The position numbers and the translations under genes were made by a program. Source: Savitreella phatthalungensis (taxonomy: Eukaryota). From it: DNA of 64,000 bases. The stretch covers positions 620,001 through 684,000 of the forward strand of contig AP039689.1 of NCBI GenBank assembly GCA_051599415.1. The letters are read 5' to 3'. Every line of letters starts with the position of its first letter. Position 1 is the first letter of the stretch. The notes beneath the pieces are model-generated. The model saw only the letters and a program-made list of their open reading frames with translations, ran no database searches and was not told the origin of the DNA. Positions 22,765-33,982 of this stretch are shown in pieces.

Positions 22765-24021
22765 CTAATAGACTCCGGGAATGATGCGGTATGGGACCAG
22801 CTCGCGATATTTCTCCCAGTCAGCTCCATACTTGTTGTGGCATTTCTCGTCATCCCGACGTTCGCGGTGAATGAGGAGAACGGCGAAGTAGACTGGATAG
22901 AAATATGTGAAAGGGGATGTGAAGCCTGTCGGCAAAGACCAGGCCCAGCTCATCAACCAGTCACCTAGGTAATTAATATGCCGAGAGTAGCCCCACCATC
23001 CGTCTGCTAACAAACGTGTGCCTAGGCGCGTCTGGACGAACCGCATATTTGGCATGCTGTCTGGACTTGCACGGTATGCGTCTTTCTGAGAATTGGCCGA
23101 TCTGAAGATGAAGTATCCGATAAGCTGAAGGGCGAGCACATACAACACTCGCGGACCGAGATCCACCACCCTCGTAGACAGATATCGCGCCTGAATCGAA
23201 TATGTGAATGGCACCCAGCACAAATCACCAAATGATAGCATGAACCCAAAACCGTCGGTCGTCACATCCATCGTGCTCAGCACTTTACGTTCGTTAATGA
23301 CAGAGTCGACGATGTACCATGCCTGAAATGCGTAAACCAGTTGCATACTGTCTGTCAATCGTCCGAGCTGAGTGTATTGTCGGGCAAGGTATGCGGTATT
23401 GAGGAGCAACCACAGATTCATGCCAGGTCTCAGCTCGCAGAAGACTTTGAAGTCGAAACTGCCGAGACGTGGATTCAGGGTACGACCGATGAAGAAATCA
23501 TAAGCGACATTGCCGCTATTGCCGCCGAGAGCTCGAAGACCTGGTGTCAAGTAAGAATGCAATGCCAGTAAGATCGCAGCGATGAGTGAAGCTGTCATGA
23601 GCGGTACCGTCTGATCGATGATAAAATCGAGCGCGTGGAGATCATGCCGTAACGCTGTTCCGACAATGGCTGCAATGACAGCGAGCGTGGAGAGGCCGTT
23701 CATCTTGTACTCTAGTATCGTGCCATCCCGCAAACGCTGACCTTCGACCCATTTGCCGGGCAGCACAAGCCAAAGAATGACATGAAGGGCGAACCATCCG
23801 GTATATAGGGCCGATGCTTCTAGAGAAAACCACTTCTGCGGAATCCTCGGGGGACCTTCGTTGCAGACAGCATACAAGATATACGTGAACGCCGGAGTGA
23901 GTAAGGTGACGGCCAGTGCACCGGGAGGGCCGAAGAACTCAAACTGAGTCGTCACAGGATTGAAATCTCGTCGCCCATCTTTGAAGTCAGCCTTAGCCTG
24001 AGAGTCTCGGGGCTTTCCCAT
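22765..24021 (-). CDS. ERG24: Delta(14)-sterol reductase (ERG4/ERG24 family)
   Basis: EFFGPPG, DFFIGRTLNPR, ELRPG, DGFGFMLSFGDL, LLADGWWGYSRHINYLGD, VPYRIIPGVY; first ATG at 24021. Confidence 0.93.
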   Translation of the reverse strand: MGKPRDSQAKADFKDGRRDFNPVTTQFEFFGPPGALAVTLLTPAFTYILYAVCNEGPPRIPQKWFSLEASALYTGWFALHVILWLVLPGKWVEGQRLRDGTILEYKMNGLSTLAVIAAIVGTALRHDLHALDFIIDQTVPLMTASLIAAILLALHSYLTPGLRALGGNSGNVAYDFFIGRTLNPRLGSFDFKVFCELRPGMNLWLLLNTAYLARQYTQLGRLTDSMQLVYAFQAWYIVDSVINERKVLSTMDVTTDGFGFMLSFGDLCWVPFTYSIQARYLSTRVVDLGPRVLYVLALQLIGYFIFRSANSQKDAYRASPDSMPNMRFVQTRLGTRLLADGWWGYSRHINYLGDWLMSWAWSLPTGFTSPFTYFYPVYFAVLLIHRERRDDEKCHNKYGADWEKYRELVPYRIIPGVY

Positions 24022-24355
24022 TGACTGGAGAAAAGTTAAACCGTCCACGCGTTACCTTTCACGAAGTCATCAGTCATCAGGCCACAATGACAAGCACAGG
24101 TGTGAATCCGAGCACGCTGACCCAAAGTCGAACGTGCATGGAAATCCAACAAATATGCACACAATTGTTAACGAATGCATGATGCAATGAATGCAACCAA
24201 TCGATCTGTCAAACTTTCTGTGGTCAAAGAAGACAGGATATTCCCCTGATCTGATCTCGGAAGTGCTTGAAGCCCTTTATAGTCGGCAGTGGCAATCTGT
24301 TGGTTGAAGATGCGCTGATTCCGTACTGTTCCTCTCACCAAACTAGCTTCTGATC

Positions 24356-27300
24356 ATGGAGTCAGCGACTGCACGATTCATTTCCGCGACCGGCAACGAT
24401 GAGCTTCGCAACGAGAGCGTCGAACAGGTCGCATCTGTCATTTCAGCAAAGCAGGCAAGCCTACTACAATTTGTCCAGGGCTTGGGCGAGTACTTGACCA
24501 GCACAGACTCTGCAATACGATACGCAGCCACTCAAATGCTCCGACAAGTCCTCGCCGCGCTGCCTCGAGCTGACCTGACTGGTCAGCACGTCACGACCAT
24601 GACGCAATTTTTTGCTGATCGCAGTGACGATGTTGTATGTCTGCAAGAAACCCTTATTGCCTTGACGGATCTTGCCTCACATCTACTGTTCACCTCGGAT
24701 GAGGTTGACACGGTGCTAGACGCGACATCGAGCTTCTCATCAGAGATTAAGCAATTGCCACAAAGGACGAGATATCAGCTTTACATGCTATGGCAAACGA
24801 TTCTGCAAAGACATACAAGGCAACTTCCAAGACTGGCTAATCAGCTGAGTAAGCTCTTCAGGGAGACCCTCGCAGGGGAGAAAGATCCGCGGATACTCAT
24901 GGCCGCATTCCCACTCGTCCAGGCCGTCCTCCCACTGGTGGAAACGGCAGAGGAAACTGAAGAGCTATTTGACGCAGTGTTCTGCTACTTTCCCATTACC
25001 TTTCGAGCTACTGGCGATGAGGCCAAAGCAATTGATGTCGACACTCTGAAGCTTCGTCTTCGTGATTGTCTGACGTGTACCGGCAGCTGTGCTCCGCATC
25101 TCCTGCCTGCACTAATAGAGAAGCTAAATGCAGTGGCACAATCAGTCAAGAAGGACGCGATGCTTACTATTTCAGCGGCCTGCGATGTATATAGGGACGC
25201 AGAACTTGCACCATACGCTCGACAGCTCTGGGATGCCATCAAATACGAGATCATACAAGCGGAGGACAGTCTGCTCGAGGACGTAGCACTCGACACGCTG
25301 ACAGCCTTGACTCGGTGTCTCTCGAGAGGCGCGCGCCATTTGGAAAGCGGAGGGCCGTTATCGAGTTGGTTGCAAGGTGTGTCTAACGAGATAGCGGAAC
25401 AGCTGCAAGAGCCGGAGCTCAAGAGCGCGAAACCATGCGGGAAAGTCTTGAAAGCGGTTGCGGTCGCCTCGCCGCTATGCTGGAAGGTGCTCGCGCAGGC
25501 ATGCACGCCGCGAATTCGGGCCCTACTGCAAGAGGAAACTACTTTGAGCAAGCGCACCTCGCTGATAGAGGTACTCTACCGAATTCTTGAGGCTGAGGCG
25601 CGGGTCCGCGATGAAGAACTCACAGTTCCACTGATCGAATCGTCAAAGAATGAGCTCATTGAGCAGTTTCGCAGCAACTTGCTTGGCGTACCCGTCACAG
25701 AAGAGGACCACCGCCTGCTCGCGATGGCCTGTATCAAGCTCTTGCTGGCACCTAACAGCGCGCTTAGCGAGAAGGATAGACGCACCCTTGCTTCGGATTT
25801 GACAGAGGTCGCCATCAACGAAGCAGGTGAGAGTGTCAGCGAGAAAGCTCTTTCTGACCTCGCTGAGCTCGCTGCAAGCAGGCCTCAGATCGTGCTCGAT
25901 CTGACCTTCCCTGCGCTTCTTGCGCGCCTGCCGCACAAAGTGACAACGACGGTCGCCGAGTGGGACGGCGCACGCGATACTCTGCGAGCCCTGAGCATTG
26001 TGACAAACGACCGCACGACCGTGGAGACGCTCATGACTCGGTTGTTCTCTCGTCTGGATGAAAATGTCACTGAGGCTCCCGATCAGCTATCCATGCCGCT
26101 AGAACTACTGAACACATTGCTGTCCGTTGTGCGTCGACTCTCGACCAGTGCGCCGGCTATTCTCGTGGCCGTTGGAGACCGACTTTTGCCGATGCTCTTC
26201 CAGAGAGTTGTGGACACAAAATACAAAGGGCACGAGCTTCTTCGTCGGGAAGAACCAATACGCGTGCTCGCCAGCATAATCAACCTCATAACCCGTGTCT
26301 GTCCGACGGAGCAGCAGCGCGAGTATGCTGCTGCAGCTCTAGCGCTTTACGTCACTGGTGGGCTCAGCATGCTCGTCACATTCATTGACGACGACTTCCG
26401 ACCTTTCAAAGAGGAACCAACGAGTGCGTCACAACATCTCACTCTGCCACTCTTCGGAGCAATCTACTGTGGCCTGCGGCGTGATCTTGTGGCTATTGAG
26501 AACCTCAGTGTATCGCTTGTCTCGATGGCTATCTCATTGGCGACTATTCTCCCGAATGCATATGTACGAGACAGTCTGGGTCAGCTCGTTGGATCTCTAC
26601 TCAATAAAGCCAAGGAGACCGAGGAGTATTCAGGCATTCTCTCGAACATTCAGCAAGCACGGACAAATGCCACCGACGTGCGCATGATGAGCTGGATCAC
26701 CCGCGCACTCGTGCTGCGTGGTCATGGCTTCAGTAAGGACATGTTACTGGCTCTTTGTAATGATCTGGACGACGCTGAACGAGCCCGTCAGGCAGCTGAA
26801 GGTCTCGAGCTCGTGGCCAGAAATGACGAGTTTCTTACACGAGAGAACCACGCACTCATCAAACCTCTTCACAAGCAGAAATTCTTTGCTATCGTGATGC
26901 CAGAGCTTGTCAAGCGAGAACGTTCAGCCAAATCTGCAGGACAGGTCAAAGATGCGTGCATCACAGCGGCATGTAGCATCGTTGCTAACATGCCTAAAAG
27001 CGTCTATGGTGCACAGCTTGCGGATATCTTCCCGTTGCTCGTGCAAGGTCTAGATGCGAACGACGCATCATGCAAAATAGCTGTACTCGAAGTCCTGCTA
27101 GCATGCGACAGCGATGCGAAGGATACTGTCGCGTCGCATCTGACAGACCTTGTGCCCCGGCTGCTGTCGATTACAAGCAGCAAGACCTCGCTGCGGTGTA
27201 AGATCACGGCCTTGCGAGTGCTTGCTAGCTTCCCATCTCTGCTTCGACGCGATCAGCTCGAGCATGTGCGCAAGGCGGTGATTCTTGGTTTGGGGACCTC

Positions 27301-27370
27301 ACTCGATAGTCCAAAACGCTTGGTTCGTCGCGAGGCTGTTGTCGCGCGTCATCAATGGTACCAGCTTTAA
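24356..27370 (+). CDS. MMS19: Cytosolic Fe-S assembly targeting / DNA repair protein Mms19 (HEAT repeats)
   Basis: LLQFVQGLGEYLTS, GEKDPR, ELFDAVFCYFPITF, C-terminal LDSPKRLVRREAVVARHQW. Confidence 0.94.
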   Translation: MESATARFISATGNDELRNESVEQVASVISAKQASLLQFVQGLGEYLTSTDSAIRYAATQMLRQVLAALPRADLTGQHVTTMTQFFADRSDDVVCLQETLIALTDLASHLLFTSDEVDTVLDATSSFSSEIKQLPQRTRYQLYMLWQTILQRHTRQLPRLANQLSKLFRETLAGEKDPRILMAAFPLVQAVLPLVETAEETEELFDAVFCYFPITFRATGDEAKAIDVDTLKLRLRDCLTCTGSCAPHLLPALIEKLNAVAQSVKKDAMLTISAACDVYRDAELAPYARQLWDAIKYEIIQAEDSLLEDVALDTLTALTRCLSRGARHLESGGPLSSWLQGVSNEIAEQLQEPELKSAKPCGKVLKAVAVASPLCWKVLAQACTPRIRALLQEETTLSKRTSLIEVLYRILEAEARVRDEELTVPLIESSKNELIEQFRSNLLGVPVTEEDHRLLAMACIKLLLAPNSALSEKDRRTLASDLTEVAINEAGESVSEKALSDLAELAASRPQIVLDLTFPALLARLPHKVTTTVAEWDGARDTLRALSIVTNDRTTVETLMTRLFSRLDENVTEAPDQLSMPLELLNTLLSVVRRLSTSAPAILVAVGDRLLPMLFQRVVDTKYKGHELLRREEPIRVLASIINLITRVCPTEQQREYAAAALALYVTGGLSMLVTFIDDDFRPFKEEPTSASQHLTLPLFGAIYCGLRRDLVAIENLSVSLVSMAISLATILPNAYVRDSLGQLVGSLLNKAKETEEYSGILSNIQQARTNATDVRMMSWITRALVLRGHGFSKDMLLALCNDLDDAERARQAAEGLELVARNDEFLTRENHALIKPLHKQKFFAIVMPELVKRERSAKSAGQVKDACITAACSIVANMPKSVYGAQLADIFPLLVQGLDANDASCKIAVLEVLLACDSDAKDTVASHLTDLVPRLLSITSSKTSLRCKITALRVLASFPSLLRRDQLEHVRKAVILGLGTSLDSPKRLVRREAVVARHQWYQL

Positions 27371-27393
27371 TACATCCATAAACCCGTCCACTG

Positions 27394-28227
27394 TCATCGC
27401 TGCAAGAATCTGTCGACCACGCCTTCGTGCAGGTGTGTGCAAGCAGCAACTTCTAGATTTTCCGCTTCGGCTGCGAAAAGCTTTGACGGGTCTGAACCTG
27501 GCGCAAGTGGGCCTCCACTCATTTGAGGCATGCCTGCCATACCAGCTGCAAGCTCTGCTGCATTGCCAGCGGCGTCACCCAGCACAAGGGAGTAGAAGAA
27601 TTGGAGGCCGAATAAGTTGAGGAAATACCACGAAAGAGACGAGACCCATGCGACATCGAGATCGCGGGTAGCAACGCCACTTTGCAGCATCTGCTTGAAT
27701 CTCAGCGTCAGCGGGAAAGGCAATTGTACTATGAAGAGAAAAGGTCAGTTGCACGCCATGAACAGGCAATGTATTGAGCACTTACGCAAAATGAAGCCGG
27801 AGAAGAAATAATTTGTCCAAGCCATGAGCCCCATCTGCGGAACCATGTTCGCCATGTTCCCCTTGAGCATATTCATCATGCCGTCCATGCCATTCGGGTC
27901 GGTGAGCGGGTTAGGCGGAGCTTGACCTTTGGCCTCCGGGTCTGCGAGATATTTGTCGGCGACGAAGGCGTCGATTAGATACTTACGCTTCTCCTCAAAT
28001 GCCTTGCGCGGGATGTGTTGTCCTGCAGTTCTTAATACCGCTGCCCTGGCTAAAGCTCCTTGCTCACGCGACTCGAGCAGAGTCAGCTTCTTGCTTGGTC
28101 CATCCGATGCAAGGAGTTCTCCCATGTAGGCTCTCGCCACACCCACCAGCATCATCACGAACAGTATAGGCAGCAGAACCCAGTCGCGAAGCGACGAGTC
28201 GAGAAGCAGTTCCTGCTTACCGGACAT
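27394..28227 (-). CDS. EMC3: ER membrane protein complex subunit 3 (intron 27729-27785)
   Basis: LLLDSSLRDWVLLPI; the GTAAGT..CTGAC..TAG intron joins FFSGFIL to LQLPFPLTLRFKQMLQSG; WVSSLSWYFLNLFGL. Confidence 0.94.
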
Positions 28228-28417
28228 CCTGAGGATTCACTTGTCTTGTTCGACGATACACGCCTCTTCGTGTCTGTCGTCGATCTCAAAAAGTCGACTT
28301 TCAATGTTGTAGTGGAACTCTGTGCGCGAATTTTATGTGGAGCGTGGCTTCTTTGGGATTATTGCACTGACGCGCGCTGACCAGAAGGCAGTGTTGCGAC
28401 CCTTAAAGGCCCTGTAT

Positions 28418-28425
28418 CAGTCACA
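28418..28425 (+). promoter_or_regulatory. HomolD-box-like element CAGTCACA in the EMC3/SPC2 divergent promoter
   Basis: Exact match to the fission-yeast HomolD core promoter octamer, 20 bp upstream of the SPC2 ATG; function inferred. Confidence 0.35.
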
Positions 28426-28445
28426 TAGCGTCTCAGCTGACGAGA

Positions 28446-29025
28446 ATGGGTGTCAACCTTTATAACTTGACAGAGCTACGTACTACGACGGACGATGCTG
28501 TCGCTGCTGTAAGAATCGTGACCTGCAAGTCGATCGTAAAGCCAAATGCTGACCTACGCACAGACACTGGCAGAAACGGATCTCCAGCGATCTCATTTCT
28601 ACGCGGATGTGCGGCTAGCACTTGGGTACGTTGCAGTGATCTCGGCTGCAGCAGCAGGATATCATGATTGGAAGGTCGGTTTCGAGGCGGCGAAGGCATA
28701 CACGCTGGTAGGAGTGCTGTTGTACTTTGCAGCCTATGGTGGCATGGTAGGATGGCAGTGGTTTATTGAGCGTGGCATGTTCTACGAAGGACGTCGCGGC
28801 ACGCAATTGATACAGCTACGCTCGACGACAAGCAAGACTGAACCCGTGTACAAGTTACAGATCACTGTCAAGGATAAGAGCTCTGCAAGGCCACGCACGA
28901 CACATCACCAGGAGCTATTCACCAAGTGGTTTGATGTCGATGGCAACATTGTAAAAGAGCCGCTAGCGACGTGGGTGTCCAGCATAGTCCAGAGCGTGCT
29001 CGCATCGAATAAGAAGGCAAAATGA
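28446..29025 (+). CDS. SPC2: Signal peptidase complex subunit Spc2/SPC25 (intron 28509-28563)
   Basis: Exon 1 MGVNLYNLTELRTTTDDAVAA spliced (GTAAGA..CTGAC..CAG) to DVRLALGY, two TM segments and FTKWFDVDG. Confidence 0.9.
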
Positions 29026-29109
29026 GGATCGCGAGAAGCCGAGAAGCAATATAATACATCATGGGCATGGTCAATTCGTGTCAAAAGGTACATGGTCGTT
29101 TGAGGCTGC

Positions 29110-30108
29110 TCACGGCGATGTTCCTGCAAATCGGACCACTGTGACGTCGCCGATGGAGCCGATTTTGCACCAGTGCGGATAGTCGAGAGCCAATAATTCG
29201 ACTGATTTTGTCAGCTCATGGGCACCGAGCCGCCGTCGTAGTGACGTGACAAGGTTATCCACGAGTTCTTTCATCCCAATTGCCTTGGTAGGCCTCGATG
29301 CGAGCAAGACTTTGATGCTGGCAATGGTTTGTGGCGTCAGAGCACGCAGGCGTGCCAACTGTCGCTCGGACTCCGAAGGTCCCAAGGATTTTGACAGTGC
29401 CCGTGCCCGTATCCTGTCGAGTAAAGCGTCCTGCCGAGCGGCTTTTGACTCGGCCGACTCGTGCGAGAGCGGAGCGGCTCGATTCCCCGCAGCATTTCGT
29501 GCAGTGACTGCGAGGCTGTCATCTGTTTTGCGGATCGAAGCCACCTTCGCTTCGTTGATTGGCATGTGCCGAGCAACTATGAGCTCAGGGAGTCGCGCTT
29601 CAGCGCCTGTCCAGCGATCGAGATGGGCGCGAAAAGTGCTGCGTCTTTCCTCTTGCTGCAACGCCGGTTGGCGTTGTGCAGCCTGCGCCGGCCAGGCGAT
29701 CGAGATAGATGGCACGCGTTCCCCGTGGTAGAGCGCCATAGCATTACCGAGCGTGTAAGCGTCTGGCCAAATTCCGAGTAGCTTCGCTAGATGCTGCAGC
29801 TCGAAGCTAGTTCGAGAGGTGGAAGCGACTGCCTCGTGCAGCGAGTGATAAGTCGCCTCTAGACTTCGATCACTCAGAAGACAGGTCTCGAGTGCATTGA
29901 AAATACGCAGCAGCTCATGTCGCTGCATTGCAAGGTTATCGCGCTCAGCAATGGCTTCTTTGACATTGTGCACATGGACCACAGTGCTGCGTTTGCGATT
30001 GTGGCCTGGTGCAATAGGTCGTACCAGGGGTTGAGCTAAGGCAGCGGAGACGGTAACGATAGCTTCGTCGCCACGCTTGCGTTTGTATGGTGAATGGTAT
30101 GATTGCAT
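29110..30108 (-). CDS. CDT1: DNA replication licensing factor Cdt1-like
   Basis: Middle winged-helix-like region (FNALETCL..SFELQHLAKLLGIWPDAY), LLDRIRAR, C-terminal WH-like region (ELVDNLVTSL..VELLALDYPHW). Confidence 0.72.
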   Translation of the reverse strand: MQSYHSPYKRKRGDEAIVTVSAALAQPLVRPIAPGHNRKRSTVVHVHNVKEAIAERDNLAMQRHELLRIFNALETCLLSDRSLEATYHSLHEAVASTSRTSFELQHLAKLLGIWPDAYTLGNAMALYHGERVPSISIAWPAQAAQRQPALQQEERRSTFRAHLDRWTGAEARLPELIVARHMPINEAKVASIRKTDDSLAVTARNAAGNRAAPLSHESAESKAARQDALLDRIRARALSKSLGPSESERQLARLRALTPQTIASIKVLLASRPTKAIGMKELVDNLVTSLRRRLGAHELTKSVELLALDYPHWCKIGSIGDVTVVRFAGTSP

Positions 30109-30523
30109 TATTCCCAGTGTCCCCGGATGATCAGCATTAGCGGTCTGTTCATAGAGATCTTGTCGACTGGTGCGGTATCTTTGGTGGCGCGTCTGCAGCG
30201 TACGCGCTCATTGGCGTGCCATTTACAGAGGACTTGCTAAATGCAATTTGGCGATTCTCGTCTTGGCGCCCGTGCATTCCTGCGTTCGGTCATCCGTAGT
30301 AAAGCCACATTGTGGCTTCTCACCATCGAGGTCTCATTGACCAACAAACCTCCAGCCAACGGACACAATCCACTATTGTGATGGGCTTAACTAGCAGTTA
30401 TGACGCAGCGAGAAGACTAAGACCGGACGATCAACCTTCAATTCTTGACATCGGACGTGTCTTTCACTTGCCTGACTGCCAAGCGAGTCTTTACCAGATC
30501 TAAAATACTGAGCACGATAGAGC

Positions 30524-30907
30524 ATGTCACAACGATACTCGGCGAACCCCTACGCAAATGGCAATGGAGCCGCCTCCGGCTTTCAGTACGGACAATCTGC
30601 GTATGCGCCGGTATCGCATGCCTCCAATGAGGAACACGAGCAGCATAATGACGCTATGGTGGACGCATTACGAGGCAAGGTGTCGTTCCTAAAAGACGTC
30701 TCCATGAAAATTGGCCAGGAGACGCGCGATTCACTGGCGTTAATGACAGATATGAATGATGAATACGACAAGCAGAACAATTTGATGAAGAGGACGAAGA
30801 ACAGACTGCTAGCTGCCGCAAATGCTCAATCGTGGGGCTGGTTCCACCTGTTCATCTTCATTCTCATCGTCTTCATCATTTTCGTGCTTGTGTTCATCAT
30901 CAAGTGA
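30524..30907 (+). CDS. BET1: Qc-SNARE, Bet1/Sft1 family
   Basis: EQHNDAMVDALRGKVSFLKDVSMKIGQE SNARE helix and C-terminal TM anchor. Confidence 0.88.
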   Translation: MSQRYSANPYANGNGAASGFQYGQSAYAPVSHASNEEHEQHNDAMVDALRGKVSFLKDVSMKIGQETRDSLALMTDMNDEYDKQNNLMKRTKNRLLAAANAQSWGWFHLFIFILIVFIIFVLVFIIK

Positions 30908-31949
30908 GTTTTGAGCCAAAGCGAAGCACCGTTTTTCCGATGGAGTCGCGCTATACTCCAGCAAACTCTCGCTTGCCAAGCCATCTCGTTGGCTCAATTT
31001 GTTATTGCAAAGTCGTTCGGAATTGACGCAGCCTGATCAGCTCGTGGGCTTTCGAAAGACTTTGAAAGGCGTTCGATCTTCCGGACTGTATTCCTTACCG
31101 TAGGGCGAACTTGCGGACAGCATCCCGTCTTCGCGGGATCACAGAAATGGAAGTCCTGCTCGAATGACAATCACATGGTAGACGTACCTCAATCTCGAGC
31201 AACGACTGCCAAGTGCACGCAGTACTGGATTGACGATTCGGGGACATGAACTGTATGCCGCTGGACTGCTTGTCGGGTTCAGGCGTGCGACATCAAGGTA
31301 GATTCTACAGCTCATTCTAACGTCGCTATTACATGGTAGGACAACGCTCCGCTGTCGATTGTAAGCTAGAGATCTACGTAGGAAATGACCAGGCTGAGAG
31401 ACTTGATCAGATGCTTGAGGCGCCTGGAGTGAGTCAACTAACGAGCAAATAGTTCAGTCGACATTCTCATCTGATGTGGATGCATGGGTGCATGCACGCC
31501 TGCACGCCATAGCAGGTTTGAAATCATGCGTGTGGAATTTACTTGTGTGTGATATATCTCAGAAACGATAGTCGATTGACAATCATAGTCACATGATGAG
31601 GCGTTGCTAATCTAGACGACGTGATTCGCTGTCATTGGCTGATCTTTTCTATTTAGCGATTCAAGTTCTCAACTGGTCCAAAATGATTGGTGTATTCAAT
31701 TGGGATAGCTTCTATGCTGTTGATCCCCCACAAATCTTCTAGATCCACGCTCTTCTGAGCCGTCCAAGCTCAGCAGCGTGAAAAGATGATCTAAATAATC
31801 ATCAGCTGGATCTTCACACCATGGATCCGCGGACACAAAAAGTCTACCACAATCAGAGCAGCTCAATGCTCTTAAGGTCTCAGCGGTGACGATGCTGACA
31901 CAAGCAATTTATCTTACTGCTGTCGGACTCATCATCACTCAAGCATAGA

Positions 31950-31957
31950 TATATAAG
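31950..31957 (+). promoter_or_regulatory. TATA box upstream of the 74-aa ORF
   Basis: TATATAAG about 100 bp before ATG 32059, followed by a CA-rich leader. Confidence 0.6.
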
Positions 31958-32058
31958 AGTGCCAATCCTACTTCGTCCACATCATACAAGATCTCTGCTA
32001 AAGCACAAGAAAGCCTTCGAACTTTCATCACACATAACTTTTCTAAGCTATCAACACC

Positions 32059-32283
32059 ATGTCAACTTCCACGAATAACGCAAACGCAGCAGGAACCAAC
32101 TCTGCCTCGCAGCCTCGACGGTTGTCATTTGGCCCACTTGCTGGAGACAATGATGGCATGGGCGGCGGTTTCTACAAGAATCTGCAGAAGCAACGACGCG
32201 GCTCTCAGCCTCAGGCTGATGCTGCAAAGGACATGCTCCGACGCGATTCGATCTCTGACGCCTGGAACAGATTGTTCCGCTGA
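32059..32283 (+). CDS. Small hydrophilic protein (74 aa) with three RRxS sites
   Basis: TATA box, CAACACCATG start context, about 1.1 kb gene-free upstream region. Confidence 0.7.
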   Translation: MSTSTNNANAAGTNSASQPRRLSFGPLAGDNDGMGGGFYKNLQKQRRGSQPQADAAKDMLRRDSISDAWNRLFR

Positions 32284-32499
32284 AATCGAGGAACAGCTTC
32301 ACTCTCTTTTAAACTGAACGACACAACGCTTGCTCGACATTGCGGGCTCACCCTTAGTTCATAGTCACGAATTTTCAGATACGTCACGTACGAAACAATC
32401 ATCAGATCGATGTTCAAACTGTTTGTTCTGCAAAATCACGAACAATATCGCCGAGTAACGCGTGATTTGAATCTTGCGATCATGGTGATTAAGCGATGT

Positions 32500-33624
32500 T
32501 TACTGATGTGCTGTTAATGAACCTGCACGCGCTAGGTAATCTTGCCATGAGCTAGGAGGAGGAAGCACGGCATCGGGAAAGGTGCCAAATGAGGTTGAAG
32601 CACTCGCTTCAGCTGGGCTGCTTTCCGCTATAGCTGCCCACCTTGCAATGGCATTTTCAATCATGGTGGTCATATCTTTGCGCAAGACGCCACTGATGCT
32701 CGGCAGCTCGATAGTCGTATCTCGAAGCAGCTCGAGCAACGGAGCATAGTCGAGTCGTCGCCTTTCTGCCTGAGCCCTTGTCAAACTCGTGCCGGATCCT
32801 CGATTCAATGTGGCTTTCTGCTGCTCGAACGCCTCAACAAGTGCATCCGCTACAGCCAATCTGGACTCGTCGCTCTCTGCTGTGCGCGAGCCGTACGCAA
32901 GTCCATAGAGCGCGGTGCCAAGGACGGCTACATCCTCATGCAAACCTGTGTGTAAGAGTGACAGTGTCCGCAGCATGTCTAGTATCGCAAGCGGGCTAGC
33001 TGGATCGACACGACGTGCCGGTTTGCGATCTTGCCGTTTATCTCCAGCCGCGTTCAACTCGTCTGCTGCGTCCGCAGAATCGTTCGTGGATATCACCGTT
33101 TGTGGTTCTGAGTCCGAAGCTTCCGCGTCGGCCTCTGCAGCACCGCCGCGGAGATATCTGGCTACGACGCCGCGAGCCCATTCGCGACCGACTTCCTCGC
33201 CGACGCAGAGGCCCGTACGACGATCAGCTGCAAGGACGCCAAAGTCCTGCGGCCGTGCAACGTCGAAACAATATAGTCTTGCTAGGGCGGCCACATACGC
33301 GGGCTTGAGCGAAGCATCCGCGTTCCTGTATTGTCGCAATGCTTGGTTGACCTTCTCGAGGGTTAGACCTGTCCGCTTGCCTGCGCTTCTTGATAGCGCG
33401 GAGCCCTTTGTCGATTCAGAAGACTTTGTCGCGGCAAAAGGATTCATCGCCTCCACCGTGTCCTGTTGGATTGGAGACCCTGTCGCATCTGCTCCCTGAG
33501 TCGCCGGAACTGCATAGCTCTGGCGGAGTGCCTGCAGCAGCAAATTCTGTGAAGGCCGGTAATGCCTTGTTCCTGCCGCGATCCGATTCAACAGCTGCTC
33601 GGCAGACTGCGTCGATGCTGACAT
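32500..33624 (-). CDS. Hypothetical protein (374 aa)
   Basis: Long ATG-initiated Ala/Leu-rich ORF; no family recognised. Confidence 0.75.
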   Translation of the reverse strand: MSASTQSAEQLLNRIAAGTRHYRPSQNLLLQALRQSYAVPATQGADATGSPIQQDTVEAMNPFAATKSSESTKGSALSRSAGKRTGLTLEKVNQALRQYRNADASLKPAYVAALARLYCFDVARPQDFGVLAADRRTGLCVGEEVGREWARGVVARYLRGGAAEADAEASDSEPQTVISTNDSADAADELNAAGDKRQDRKPARRVDPASPLAILDMLRTLSLLHTGLHEDVAVLGTALYGLAYGSRTAESDESRLAVADALVEAFEQQKATLNRGSGTSLTRAQAERRRLDYAPLLELLRDTTIELPSISGVLRKDMTTMIENAIARWAAIAESSPAEASASTSFGTFPDAVLPPPSSWQDYLARAGSLTAHQ

Positions 33625-33982
33625 CGCGGCTCAAGGACTTCGATGTCTATGCAGAGTGAGTCTCCTTGTGCAAGGGATTCTTACAAGTCTTGTGCTGTTC
33701 TTCATCATGAAGGACAATAAATTTTAGTTCGATGACTGAGGCGCGTGCATACACGATGAACCGATATTGCCTGACAATTACATTGAGGAGTAAGTGCACT
33801 GATCTCGAGGCAGGATAATTCAAGGGTTGAGTTAGATGCACATATTGTGCCCATATGTTAGGGAGTTGCATCTATATCTTAGGGAAGGCGAGCGCCACCG
33901 ATACACTGCGCTTCTCGGTTGTCAGGAATGGAGCTAGGCATCTTGCAAGATGGCTTTACCATTTTGTGAGACCGGCTTTCAA

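Noticed and set aside
24025..24055. 31-nt GT..AG segment before the ERG24 ATG
   Set aside because: Shorter than other introns here and gives no in-frame upstream exon; at most a UTR intron
31030..31170. Short hairpins (CTTTCGAAAG, ATCCCG-TCTTCG-CGGGAT) as RNase P/MRP, SRP or snRNA
   Set aside because: No diagnostic conserved motif found by eye; an Rfam scan would be needed
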